Part shown: in pieces, positions 18,205-27,251 of the stretch | How the letters are laid out: every line of letters starts with the position of its first letter | Numbering within the stretch: the stretch's first letter is position 1 | Source: Thermoanaerobaculia bacterium | GTDB taxonomy: Bacteria > Acidobacteriota > Thermoanaerobaculia > Multivoradales > UBA5704 | Direction of reading: 5' to 3' | DNA: 64,000 bases | Assembly (NCBI GenBank): GCA_044866775.1 | Contig: JBIOUG010000095.1 | Location: 4,415 to 68,414, forward strand | Position numbers and translations under genes: made by a program | Notes under the pieces: model-generated | Databases searched by the model: none | The model's input: the letters and a program-made list of their open reading frames with translations, nothing else | What the model was told of the DNA's origin: nothing

Positions 18205-18954
18205 ATGGCTTCTTCCGACCGCCCGCTGATCCACCTCGATGGCGTCACCAAGGTCTTCCTGACCGACGAGGTCGAGACCCACGCGCTTTCGGGCATCCAC
18301 CTCGAGATCCGCAACGGCGAGTACGTCGCCATCGCCGGCCCGTCCGGCTGCGGCAAGACCACCCTGCTCTCGATCCTCGGCCTGCTCGACACGCCGAGCG
18401 ACGGGCAGTACTGGCTCAACGGCAAGCAGGTGGCCGACCTCTCCTTCTCCGAGCGGGCCAGGATCCGCAACCGCGAGATCGGCTTCATTTTCCAGGCCTT
18501 CAACCTGATCGGCGACCTGACGGTCTACGAGAACGTCGAGCTGCCGCTCACCTACCGCGGCATGGCGGCGAAGGAGCGCAAGGAGCGGGTGCAGGCGGCG
18601 CTCGAGCGCGTCGCCATGGCGCACCGCGCCAAGCACTATCCATCGCAGCTCTCGGGCGGCCAGCAGCAGCGCGTCGCGGTGGCGCGCGCGGTCGTCGGCA
18701 AGCCCTCGATCCTCCTCGCCGACGAGCCCACCGGCAACCTCGACTCGCGCAACAGCGAGCAGGTCATGGAGCTGCTCGACGAGCTGCACCGCGAGGGGGC
18801 GACCATCTGCATGGTCACCCACGACCCGCGCTACGCGCGCTACGCCAGCCGCTCGATCCACCTCTTCGACGGCAAGGTGGTCGAGGAGCAGGAGGGCGTC
18901 GAGCGCGCGATGGAGGAGCGCGAGCTCGCCCAGCGCGGCTTCGAGCTGAACTAG
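18205..18954 (+). CDS. ABC transporter ATP-binding protein (MacB/LolD-type NBD, no fused permease)
   Basis: Walker A is GPSGCGKTT, the signature is LSGGQQQRVAVARA and Walker B is ILLADEPTG. A GGAGG lies 6 nt upstream of the ATG. Confidence 0.9.
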   Translation: MASSDRPLIHLDGVTKVFLTDEVETHALSGIHLEIRNGEYVAIAGPSGCGKTTLLSILGLLDTPSDGQYWLNGKQVADLSFSERARIRNREIGFIFQAFNLIGDLTVYENVELPLTYRGMAAKERKERVQAALERVAMAHRAKHYPSQLSGGQQQRVAVARAVVGKPSILLADEPTGNLDSRNSEQVMELLDELHREGATICMVTHDPRYARYASRSIHLFDGKVVEEQEGVERAMEERELAQRGFELN

Positions 18955-19002
18955 GCCGGCGAGGCGGGCCGTGACCCGGCGGGCGGAGTCAGGAGCGCGC
19001 GC

Positions 19003-19671
19003 GTGATTCGTCTGCACAACGTCGAGAAGAGCTACGTCGCCGGGCCGCTCACCACCTGGGTGCTGCGGCGGATCGACCTCGACGTCGACGAGGGGGAGTT
19101 CGTCACCATCATGGGCCCGTCGGGCTCGGGCAAGACGACCCTGCTCTCGATCCTCGGCATGCTCGACGCCGCCTGGAGCGGCGAGTACCACCTCCTCGAC
19201 CAGCCGGTGCACGCGCTCAAGCAGAAGCAGCGGGCGCTGCTCGCCAAGCAGCACATCGGCTTCGTCTTCCAGAGCTACCACCTGCTCGACAGCCTGACGG
19301 TGGCCGAGAACCTCGACCTGCCGCTCTCCTACCGCGACGTGCCGCGCGGCCAGCGCCAGGCGCTGGTGGCCGACGCCCTCGACCGCTTCAACATCGTCGG
19401 CAAGAAGGACCTCTTCCCGACCCAGCTCTCGGGCGGGCAGCAGCAGCTCGTCGGCGTGGCGCGGGCGGTCATCGGCGCGCCGCGGCTGCTGCTCGCCGAC
19501 GAGCCGACCGGCAACCTCCACTCGAGCCAGGCCGACGAGATCATGCGGCTCTTCAAGCGCCTCAACGACGAGGGCACGACCATCATCCAGGTCACCCACT
19601 CCGAGCGCAACGCCGCCTACGGCAACCGCGTCGTCAACCTCCTCGACGGCTGGATCACGCCGGCGGACTAG
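19003..19671 (+). CDS. ABC transporter ATP-binding protein (second MacB/LolD-type NBD)
   Basis: Walker A is GPSGSGKTT, the signature is LSGGQQQLVGVARA and Walker B is LLLADEPTG. It uses a GTG start with an AGGAG upstream. Confidence 0.9.
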   Translation: MIRLHNVEKSYVAGPLTTWVLRRIDLDVDEGEFVTIMGPSGSGKTTLLSILGMLDAAWSGEYHLLDQPVHALKQKQRALLAKQHIGFVFQSYHLLDSLTVAENLDLPLSYRDVPRGQRQALVADALDRFNIVGKKDLFPTQLSGGQQQLVGVARAVIGAPRLLLADEPTGNLHSSQADEIMRLFKRLNDEGTTIIQVTHSERNAAYGNRVVNLLDGWITPAD

Positions 19672-19683
19672 CCGCCCCGCGGC

Positions 19684-20313
19684 CTACTTGCGCCCGCGCT
19701 CGAGGTCGATGCCGCGCTTGCCGAGGACCTTCTTCAAGCGCCCGTAGAGGTTCTCGCCGAGCAGCGAGTTGGCGGTGACGGTGAGGTCGTGCAGCACCGT
19801 GTGCAGCTCCTCCGAGCCGCTCCAGTGGCGGTGGGCGTGGCGCTCGAGGTCGCCGCCGAAGACCTGGGAGAGGACGGCGGCGGCGAGCACCAGGTCGTCG
19901 AGGTAGCCGGCGCCGCCGATGATCGCCTCCGGCAGGAGGTCCATCGGCAGGATGAAGTAGGCGAGGGCGCCGCCGATGAGCGCCCGCGTCGGCCCGGGGA
20001 CGTCCTTGTCGAGCGTCAGCCGGACCAGCAGCATGAAGATGTCGGGCACGAGGAGGAGCGCCTTGACGGCGCCGCTCGAGAGCTTCCCGCCCTTGCGCTC
20101 GACGGTCTGCACCACCCGCTCGCGCAGGCGGTCGTAGAAGGAGAGCAGACCGCTGTGCGGCAGCCCGGGATCGGCCGCAGCGAGCGCCGTCACCGAGCGC
20201 TCCTCGGCGGCGCGCATCTCCGGCGGCTCGAGGTACTCGGCGACTCCCGTCGCCGCCTCGCCGCCCGTCGGCCCGCCCGCCGGCACGTCCTGAGGCTCTT
20301 TCCGCTCGGCCAT
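19684..20313 (-). CDS. DUF1232 (YkvA-like) membrane protein
   Basis: The DUF1232 core is LLVPDIFMLLVRLTLDKDVPGPTRALIGGALAYFILPMDLLPEAIIGGAGYLDDLVLAAAVL. Confidence 0.75.
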   Translation of the reverse strand: MAERKEPQDVPAGGPTGGEAATGVAEYLEPPEMRAAEERSVTALAAADPGLPHSGLLSFYDRLRERVVQTVERKGGKLSSGAVKALLLVPDIFMLLVRLTLDKDVPGPTRALIGGALAYFILPMDLLPEAIIGGAGYLDDLVLAAAVLSQVFGGDLERHAHRHWSGSEELHTVLHDLTVTANSLLGENLYGRLKKVLGKRGIDLERGRK

Positions 20314-20399
20314 CGCGATCTCCCCGCCCTCCCCGAGCCATGTTAGCAGCAGCTAGCGGTTCAAGGGACGTGCCACGCCGGCGCTCGGCGTCGCGACGA

Positions 20400-21389
20400 T
20401 CAGAAGACGTACGCGAGCGCGAAGCCGACCTGGGCGGCCATCATCATCAAGTACATGTGGCGCCAGGAGGGGTGGTTCTCGGTGGCGGTCAGGGAGGCGG
20501 GGTCGCGCAGCAGGAGGTAGACCGTGTAGCAGCCCCAGAGGGTGAGCGCGACGCCCAACGCCAGCAGCAGCGCCGGGTTGCCGGTCAGGATCGGCAGCTC
20601 GGGGTTGCGCGGGTCGCGCAGCACGATGCCGAGCGGCAGCAGCAGCCAGGGAAAGACGAAGAACGGGGCGATGATCCAGGCCGCCTTCTTGACGCCGTAG
20701 ACGATCGGCAGCGTGCGACAGCCGCCGGCGCGGTCGCCCTCGATGTCGGCGAAGTCCTTGGTCGACAGCGACCCCAGCAGGAAGAGGCCGAAGACCGCGC
20801 CGATGTACCAGGGCTCCGCGAACCAGACCGGCGCCACCATGCCCCAGCCGGCGACCTTCAGGAGCACGCCGCGCGGAATGGCGATCGTCCAGTTGGCGAG
20901 CCAGCCGCGGGTCTTGGTGCGGCCGAGCGCCGGCGCCGAGTAGATGAAGGTGAAGAGGAGGCCGGCGAGGTAGATGAAGAAGCAGACGCGCAGGGCGAGC
21001 GGCGCCGCGAGCTTCTCGGCCAGGGTGTCGTAGGGGTAGGGGACGACGATCCACACCGGGATGAGGGCCAGGGCGTAGAACAGCCAGGTGAATTTCCAAG
21101 CCTGGCGCGGCGACAGCTCGCCGGTCACCAGCGGCCGGCCCGGCTTGTTGAGGCGGTCGATCTCCAGGTCGTAGATCTGATTGATGGCGTTCGAGGCGGC
21201 GTTCATGAAGCTGGCGCAGAGCGAGCCGAGGGCGACCGTCAGCACGACCGAGAGCGTCAGCCGCGCTTGCGGGTCCGGGTTGTGCGCCGAGCCGAAGGCG
21301 CAGACGGCACCGGAGACGATGCCGAGGAGGGGCGGCAGGAGGGTGAATGGGCGAGCTAATTTCAGGTAGCGGGAAAGGCGCTCGCGCAT
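20400..21389 (-). CDS. UbiA-superfamily prenyltransferase (ChlG/HPT-like motifs)
   Basis: This is the last 329 codons of track ORF 20400..22379. The first Asp-rich motif is NQIYDLEIDRLNKPGRP and the second is KDFADIEGDRAGGCRTLP. About 8-9 TM helices. The ATG at 21389 overlaps the upstream stop (ATGA). Confidence 0.85.
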   Translation of the reverse strand: MRERLSRYLKLARPFTLLPPLLGIVSGAVCAFGSAHNPDPQARLTLSVVLTVALGSLCASFMNAASNAINQIYDLEIDRLNKPGRPLVTGELSPRQAWKFTWLFYALALIPVWIVVPYPYDTLAEKLAAPLALRVCFFIYLAGLLFTFIYSAPALGRTKTRGWLANWTIAIPRGVLLKVAGWGMVAPVWFAEPWYIGAVFGLFLLGSLSTKDFADIEGDRAGGCRTLPIVYGVKKAAWIIAPFFVFPWLLLPLGIVLRDPRNPELPILTGNPALLLALGVALTLWGCYTVYLLLRDPASLTATENHPSWRHMYLMMMAAQVGFALAYVF

Positions 21390-22798
21390 CAGCTCACCAG
21401 CGGCGCCAGCGCCATCGCCGCCAGCGCGCCCACCAGGGTGTTCAGGAAGTTGACCGCCTCGTTGTCGAGCCAGCCGCGGCGCTCGATCGTGGCGCCGACG
21501 ACGCTCTCCAAGGTGGTGCCGGCGAAGGCGGCGACGACGACCGGCACGACGCCCACCGGCGGGTAGAGCCCGACCGCGGCCCCGAGCGCCGCGATCGCGA
21601 GCGACGCCGCGACGCCGGCGAGCGTCCCTTCGACCGACACCGCTCCCTGAGTGCCGCGCGGCACCGGGCGGAGCGTCGTGATCAGGAAGGTGCGCCGGCC
21701 GAGGAGCTGGCCGATCTCCGACGAGGCGGTGTCGGAGGCGGCGGTGGCGAAGGCGCCGGCGAAAGCCAGGGCGAAGAGCACCGGGTGCGGCGTCACCGCG
21801 GCGAAGAGGGCGCAGACCGCCGCCACCGTGACGTTGGCGAGGGCGTGGCGCGCGCCGCGCCGGCCGCCTTCCTCCTGCGCCAGCTTCGCCGCCGCCTTGC
21901 GCCGGTAGCCGAGCTTGGTGGCCGCGCTGCCGATCACGAAGAAGGCGCCCAGGAGCAGGAATCCCCGCCAGTCGAGGAAGGTGTAGATCGCGGTCCCCAG
22001 CACCCACCCCGCGACCACCCCCGAACGGTTGACCGAGCGCGCCGCGTAGGCCGCCCCGGCGAGGGCGGCGTTGATCGCCGCGCCGATCAGGAAGCGGCTC
22101 CCGACGCCCCCCGCCGCCAGCCAGCGCTCCCACCCGCCCTGCGTCAAGAGCAGCCCGAAGAGGAAGAGGCCGGAGAGGAGCGGCACCCCGAGGTTGTCGT
22201 CCAGTCCCTGCGGCAGCGACTCGAGCACGGCGGCGAAGACGGCCGCCGCCGCCCCGGCCGCCACGGCGAAGCTCCAGTCGTAGCGCCCCGGCGCCGTCCA
22301 GGCCAGGAGCCCCGCCGCCGCCACCGTGCCGAAGAGCGCGTAGGCGCCGCTCCCGGCCCAGCTCTTCTCGGGGTTCCACGGCAGCTTGCGCCGGCCGAGC
22401 GTCATGCCGACGACCGAGGCCATGCCGTCGCCGAAGGCGAGGATGCCCCAGGTCGCCGCCGCCACCTCGAGCCGCCGCCAGAAGAGGAGGACGAGCAGGA
22501 GCACGGAGAGCGGGTAGAGGACGATCCCGGCCGAGCCGCCGGCGGCCAGCTCGGCGTCGCGCCAGAGCCGCCGGCCGCCGACCCGCGGCAGCAGGAAGAG
22601 GTTCATCAGCAGCGCCGCGAGCGCGCAGACCGCCGACCAGAAGGGCCCGAGGAAGCGCAGCAGGAGGGCGATCGACCCCGTGCCCATGTGGACCGTCTTG
22701 CGCAGCAGCTCGCGGCGCAGGGCGGCGGCGGCCGCCTGCCGATCGTCCCGATCGACGCCGGCTGACCCGGCCGGCGGCGCCGCCGGCGCGGGCGTCAC
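21389..22798 (-). CDS. fusion of a CdsA/dolichol(phytol)-kinase-like domain and a DUF92 (TMEM19/VTE6-like) domain
   Basis: The N-terminal half has ELLRKTVHMGTG...GDGMASVVG...KSWAGSGAYALFG (CTP-dependent prenol kinase family pattern). The C-terminal half has DTASSEIGQL...GAVSVEGTLAG (DUF92 pattern). The GTG at 22798 overlaps the upstream stop (GTGA). Confidence 0.7.
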   Translation of the reverse strand: MTPAPAAPPAGSAGVDRDDRQAAAAALRRELLRKTVHMGTGSIALLLRFLGPFWSAVCALAALLMNLFLLPRVGGRRLWRDAELAAGGSAGIVLYPLSVLLLVLLFWRRLEVAAATWGILAFGDGMASVVGMTLGRRKLPWNPEKSWAGSGAYALFGTVAAAGLLAWTAPGRYDWSFAVAAGAAAAVFAAVLESLPQGLDDNLGVPLLSGLFLFGLLLTQGGWERWLAAGGVGSRFLIGAAINAALAGAAYAARSVNRSGVVAGWVLGTAIYTFLDWRGFLLLGAFFVIGSAATKLGYRRKAAAKLAQEEGGRRGARHALANVTVAAVCALFAAVTPHPVLFALAFAGAFATAASDTASSEIGQLLGRRTFLITTLRPVPRGTQGAVSVEGTLAGVAASLAIAALGAAVGLYPPVGVVPVVVAAFAGTTLESVVGATIERRGWLDNEAVNFLNTLVGALAAMALAPLVS

Positions 22799-23814
22799 CG
22801 CTTCCACTGGCCCGTCTCCTCGAGCCAGGCGAGCGTCGCCCCGAGCCCCTCCGCGAACGGCCGGCAGCGGTAGCCGAGGTCCGCTTCGGCGCGCGCCGAG
22901 CTGTAGGCCCAGTCGTGGCGGTAGATCTCGACCAGGTCGGGGGTGAGCTGGGGCGTGCCGCCGGTCAGCCTCGCCCAGCCCTTCTGCAGCGCCCCGGCCG
23001 CCTTCGCCAGGCCGTCCGGCATGCGCCGGCGCGGCACCGGCACGCCGGAGAGCCGCTCGACGGTCGCGTAGAACTCGCCGAGCGTCACGTTGGGGCCGCC
23101 GAGCACCCAGCGCCCGCCGGGCGCGCCACGCTCGAGCGCCGCCGCCACGCCGCGCGCCACGTCCTCGACGTAGGCGTAGCTCCAGCGCCGCTCGGGGCGG
23201 CCGATGAGCGCCGGCAGCCGGCGGTGCAGGAGATCGAGCACGTGGCGCACGACGATGTTGCCCTCGGTCATCTCCCCCGGGCCGTAGATCACGCCGGGGT
23301 AGACGATGGAGAGCGGCGCGCCCTCGTCGATCGCGTTGCGCGCCAGCGCGTCGGCCATCGCCTTCGTGCGCTCGTAGTGGTTGATCCAGGCGCGCGGCGG
23401 ACCGCCGCCGCCGGCACCGGCCGCGGGCGCCGACTCGTCGAGCACCCCGCCCGGCCCGCCCTCGCTCGGCCCGAGGGCGATGAAGCTCGAGACGTAGACG
23501 ATCCGCTCGACGCCGGCCATCTGCGCCGCCGCGAGCACGCAGTGGATGCTGCCGACGTTGATGCGGTCGAACTCCGCCGCCGGCGCCAGGATCTTGACCA
23601 GCGCCGCGGCGTGCAGGATGGCGTCGCACCCCGCCGCGGCGCGCGCCAGACTGTCCACCTCGGTGACGTCGCCGGCCGCGAACTCGACCCCTTCGGGAAA
23701 GCGGGCGCGCGACGCCGACGGCCGCACCAGCAGCCGCACGGCGTGGCGCGGCGCGAGCTCGGCCACGACGCGGCGGCCGAGGAACCCCGTCCCTCCGGTG
23801 ACCAGGATCCTCAT
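22795..23814 (-). CDS. NAD(P)-dependent epimerase/dehydratase family SDR
   Basis: Rossmann motif ILVTGGTGFLG and catalytic YERTKAMAD (YxxxK). It is the first gene of the three-gene overlapping operon. Confidence 0.85.
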   Translation of the reverse strand: MRILVTGGTGFLGRRVVAELAPRHAVRLLVRPSASRARFPEGVEFAAGDVTEVDSLARAAAGCDAILHAAALVKILAPAAEFDRINVGSIHCVLAAAQMAGVERIVYVSSFIALGPSEGGPGGVLDESAPAAGAGGGGPPRAWINHYERTKAMADALARNAIDEGAPLSIVYPGVIYGPGEMTEGNIVVRHVLDLLHRRLPALIGRPERRWSYAYVEDVARGVAAALERGAPGGRWVLGGPNVTLGEFYATVERLSGVPVPRRRMPDGLAKAAGALQKGWARLTGGTPQLTPDLVEIYRHDWAYSSARAEADLGYRCRPFAEGLGATLAWLEETGQWKR

Positions 23815-23845
23815 GCCGCCGCGCGAGCGATCCGCACCGCGCCGC

Positions 23846-25135
23846 TCAGCGGGTGACGCGCACCTTCAGGTTCGAGAACTTCCAGCCGATCGGCGGGAAG
23901 TAGGCGTTGTCGGCCACCCCGGGCAGACCGAAGCTGAGCCGCACCGGGTTGCCGCGGTCGGCGAGGTCGAGGTTGAAGGCCGCGCCGGTGACGTCGGCGA
24001 CCACCGCGTCGTTGCGCGTCACCAGCATGCGCACCGTGGCGCTCTCGGTGTCGTAGACCAGCGTCACGTGGTGGGTAGCCCCTTCCTTCCAGCCGGTGCC
24101 GAACTTGAGCGCGGGCTCGACCACGGCGCTGCCCTGATCGACCATGGTCCGGGAGCGCTTGCCGCGGACGAAGCTGCCGAAGTAGAGGGTCTTGTTGAAG
24201 CGCGCGCCGCCGGTGTGGAACATGCCGACGAGGCCGGTGAAGAGGGGCGTGAAGCTGCCGATGCGGACGTCGAAGTCGATCGTCGCCGCGCGGTAGCCGC
24301 GGCCGGGCACCAGCGGCAGCGTCAGGTCGAGCGCCGAGCGGGCCGGCGTGGGGGCGAAGAAGACGCCCGGCCGGTCGAGGCTCACCGTCTCGACGGGCGC
24401 CACCGGCGGGCCGTCCAGCGGATAGAGCATGCGGAAGGCGCGCGCGTCGGCGCCGACGAAGGTGCCGTAGGCGTAGAAGGGCTGGTTGCAGGTGACCTGG
24501 GCGCGCAGACCGCCGGCCGCCGGCGCCGAGAGGACGCCGTTGAAGGGGTCCTCGACGATGCGGTGCGACACCGGCAGCAGCGCCACGGTCTCGGCGGGCG
24601 CGAGCGGCGAGCCCTTGGGGCGCAGCAGCGTGAGGTGGCAGACGGCCGCCGCCGGCGCGAAGTTCATGATCTCGATGTTGGCGTGGCCGGAAGCGCTGCG
24701 CGAGAGGTTCTGGAGGAAGGCGGTCTCGCCGGGCTGGTACCAGTTCGCATCGGAGAGGACCGGCATCGCCCAGGTCAGGGTGTCGTCGCCGCGCTCCAAG
24801 AACAGGACGCCCGTCCGCACCTCGATGCCGCCGTCGCCGTCCAGCCGCAGCATGCCGGTGCCGTCGATGAACGGCGCGACGTTGAAGACGTTCGGCTTCT
24901 CGTCGTTGTCCACGTTCACCGGGTCGCCGTCCAAACCGGTCCCGGGGTGCCCGGTCTCGATGAAGACCGGGGCGAGCCGGCGCGGGCCGGTCTTCGAGAC
25001 CTCGAGCTTCGTCGTCGGCCGGCCGGAGCCGCCGAGCTCGGGGTTGGGCACGTAGAAGGTCGCGGCGTGGGCGGCGGGAACGAGCAGGGCCGCCAGGGCC
25101 AGGGCCAGGGGGATCGCCAGGTACTTCTGCCTCAT
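23846..25135 (-). CDS. secreted hypothetical protein
   Basis: Signal peptide MRQKYLAIPLALALAALLVPAAHA. High third-position GC throughout. The beta-rich C-terminus may be a jelly-roll (guess). No motif recognised. Confidence 0.6.
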   Translation of the reverse strand: MRQKYLAIPLALALAALLVPAAHAATFYVPNPELGGSGRPTTKLEVSKTGPRRLAPVFIETGHPGTGLDGDPVNVDNDEKPNVFNVAPFIDGTGMLRLDGDGGIEVRTGVLFLERGDDTLTWAMPVLSDANWYQPGETAFLQNLSRSASGHANIEIMNFAPAAAVCHLTLLRPKGSPLAPAETVALLPVSHRIVEDPFNGVLSAPAAGGLRAQVTCNQPFYAYGTFVGADARAFRMLYPLDGPPVAPVETVSLDRPGVFFAPTPARSALDLTLPLVPGRGYRAATIDFDVRIGSFTPLFTGLVGMFHTGGARFNKTLYFGSFVRGKRSRTMVDQGSAVVEPALKFGTGWKEGATHHVTLVYDTESATVRMLVTRNDAVVADVTGAAFNLDLADRGNPVRLSFGLPGVADNAYFPPIGWKFSNLKVRVTR

Positions 25136-25186
25136 GAGTCGCTTCTCTCCTCGTCTGATGTCGGACCGTCGGAGCGGGAAATCGAG

Positions 25187-26107
25187 CTATTGTAATGCAT
25201 TCCGCCCGGCGGGCGCCTCTGCGGCGGCCGCCCAGAGGTCGGCGAGGGCCTCGTCGAGGGTGCGCCGCGGCGTCCAGCCGAGGGCGCACAGGCGTCGCGC
25301 GTCGCCCATCAGGAGCGGCAGGTCGACCGGCCGCATGCGGGCCGGGTCCGCCACCACCTCCGCCGCGACGCCGGCGATCGCCATCAACCGCTCGAGCGCG
25401 GCGCCGATCGAGGTGGCGCGGCCGGAGGCGACGTTGTAGACCCCTCCCGGCCGCCCGCGCTCGGCGAGGATCGCGACCGCCGCGGCGCCGTCGTCGACGT
25501 GGACGAAGTCGCGGCGCGCCGAGAGGTTCCCCACCCGCAGCGTCGGCTCCTGCTCGCCGCGGGCGATGGCGGCGAGCTGGGCGGCGAAGGCCGGCAGCGC
25601 GAAGGCCGGCGACTGGCCGGGGCCGACCAGGTTGAACGAGCGCATCACCACCGCGCCGTGGGCGGCGGCGAGCCGCTCGGTCCCCAGCTTGGTGAGCGCG
25701 TACGGCGTGCGGGGGTCGGCTAGGCGCTCCTCGCCGAGCGGCTGCTCGGCCTCGGGCACCGGGCCGTAGACCTCGGCGCTCGAGGCGACCACCACCCGGC
25801 GGCCGGCGGCGGCGACCAGGAGGTTGGCCGTCCCGCCGACGTTGACCTCCACGTACTCGGGCATGCGGTGCCACGACTCGCCGACGTGCGAGAGGCCGGC
25901 GAGGTGGACGATCGCCTCCGGGTCCGCCGCCGCGACCGCCTGCGCCAGGGCCTCGCGGTCGAGGAGGTCCGCCTCGTAGAGATCGACGCCGGGCAGCTCG
26001 GGGCGCTCGATGAGATAGGTGCCCGCGACCGCGTCGCCGCGGGCGACGAGGAGCTGGGCGAGGCGGACGCCGACGAAGCCGGAGACGCCGGTGATGAGGA
26101 CGCGCAA
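25187..26107 (-). CDS. NAD-dependent epimerase/dehydratase (GDP-4-keto-6-deoxy-hexose reductase, Rmd-like)
   Basis: VLITGVSGFVG, YALTKLGTE (YxxxK), and RVGNLSARRDFVHVDD, typical of the Gmd/Rmd subfamily. Confidence 0.7.
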   Translation of the reverse strand: MRVLITGVSGFVGVRLAQLLVARGDAVAGTYLIERPELPGVDLYEADLLDREALAQAVAAADPEAIVHLAGLSHVGESWHRMPEYVEVNVGGTANLLVAAAGRRVVVASSAEVYGPVPEAEQPLGEERLADPRTPYALTKLGTERLAAAHGAVVMRSFNLVGPGQSPAFALPAFAAQLAAIARGEQEPTLRVGNLSARRDFVHVDDGAAAVAILAERGRPGGVYNVASGRATSIGAALERLMAIAGVAAEVVADPARMRPVDLPLLMGDARRLCALGWTPRRTLDEALADLWAAAAEAPAGRNALQ

Positions 26108-26121
26108 GCGGCCCCTGGCGC

Positions 26122-27108
26122 CTAGCGCGCGACCTCTGCCGGGCGGCGGCGCCGGGCCATGGTCTCGCGCCAGTAGTCGAGCAGGTCGCGCACGGTCTGG
26201 TCGAAGGGGATGCGCGGCTCCCAGCCGGTGTCGGCGCGGAACTTCGAGCTGTCGCCGATCAGGATCTCGACGTCGGAGGGGCGCAGCCGCTCGGGGTCCA
26301 CCTCCACCCGCACGTCCACCTTGGCCATGGCGACGATCTTCTGCAGCAGCTCGCGGATCGAGATCCCGCGGCCGCTGGCGATGTTGTAGACCTCGCCCGG
26401 CCGGCCCCTCTCGACCGCCAGCCAGTAGGCGCGCACCATGTCGCGCACGTCGGTGAAGTCGCGGATGGCGTCGAGGTTGCCGACCTTGATGACCGGCTCC
26501 TGGAGCTCGAGCTCGATCGCCGCCACCTGGCGGCAGAAGTTGGAGGTCACGAACGGGTGCCCGCGGCGCGGCCCGGTGTGGTTGAAGCCGCGGGTGCGGA
26601 CGACCTTCAAGCCGTAGCTCTGGAAGTACTGGTAGCCGAGGAAGTCCTGCGCCACCTTGGAGACGGCGTAGGGCGAGAGCGGCCGCAGCGGGTTGGTCTC
26701 CTTGATCGGCACCTCGTCCGGCAGCACCAGGCCGTACTGCTCCGACGAGCAGGCGATCTGCACCACCGGATCGAGGCGCAGGGCGCGGATGGCCTCGAAG
26801 AGGTTGACCTGTCCCTGGACGTTGGTGGTGATGGTCTCGTTCGGGCCGGTCCAGCTCGCCGGGACGAAGCTCTGGGCCGCGAGGTGGAAGACGGCGTCGG
26901 GGCGCGAGCGTTCGAGCGCCTGGTGGATCGAGCTGTAGTCGCGGAGGTCGGCCTCGAGGAGCTGCACGCCCTCGAGGTGCTCGACGTTGTCCATGCGGCT
27001 GCGCCAGCGGTGGGTGCCGAAGACCTCCACCTCCGGGTGCTCGGCGAGCAGGAGCTCGGCGAGGTGCGAGCCGGCGAAGCCGGTGATGCCGGTGATGAGA
27101 ACACGCAT
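26122..27108 (-). CDS. GDP-mannose 4,6-dehydratase-like SDR
   Basis: VLITGITGFAGSHL, YAVSKVAQD, GFNHTGPRRG and KVGNLDAIRDFTDVRD. Length is 328 aa. Confidence 0.7.
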   Translation of the reverse strand: MRVLITGITGFAGSHLAELLLAEHPEVEVFGTHRWRSRMDNVEHLEGVQLLEADLRDYSSIHQALERSRPDAVFHLAAQSFVPASWTGPNETITTNVQGQVNLFEAIRALRLDPVVQIACSSEQYGLVLPDEVPIKETNPLRPLSPYAVSKVAQDFLGYQYFQSYGLKVVRTRGFNHTGPRRGHPFVTSNFCRQVAAIELELQEPVIKVGNLDAIRDFTDVRDMVRAYWLAVERGRPGEVYNIASGRGISIRELLQKIVAMAKVDVRVEVDPERLRPSDVEILIGDSSKFRADTGWEPRIPFDQTVRDLLDYWRETMARRRRPAEVAR

Positions 27109-27251
27109 TGCGAATCTCCTAGCAAACTATCCAACGATCGCGTCCCGTAGCGCCCGGGCCACTTCCCGGGCGTTCTCGGCCCGATTCGCCCGCACCCGCC
27201 CAAAACGCCCGGCACGTAGGCCGGGCGCTACGTCCCTCCGGCCGACCTTCG

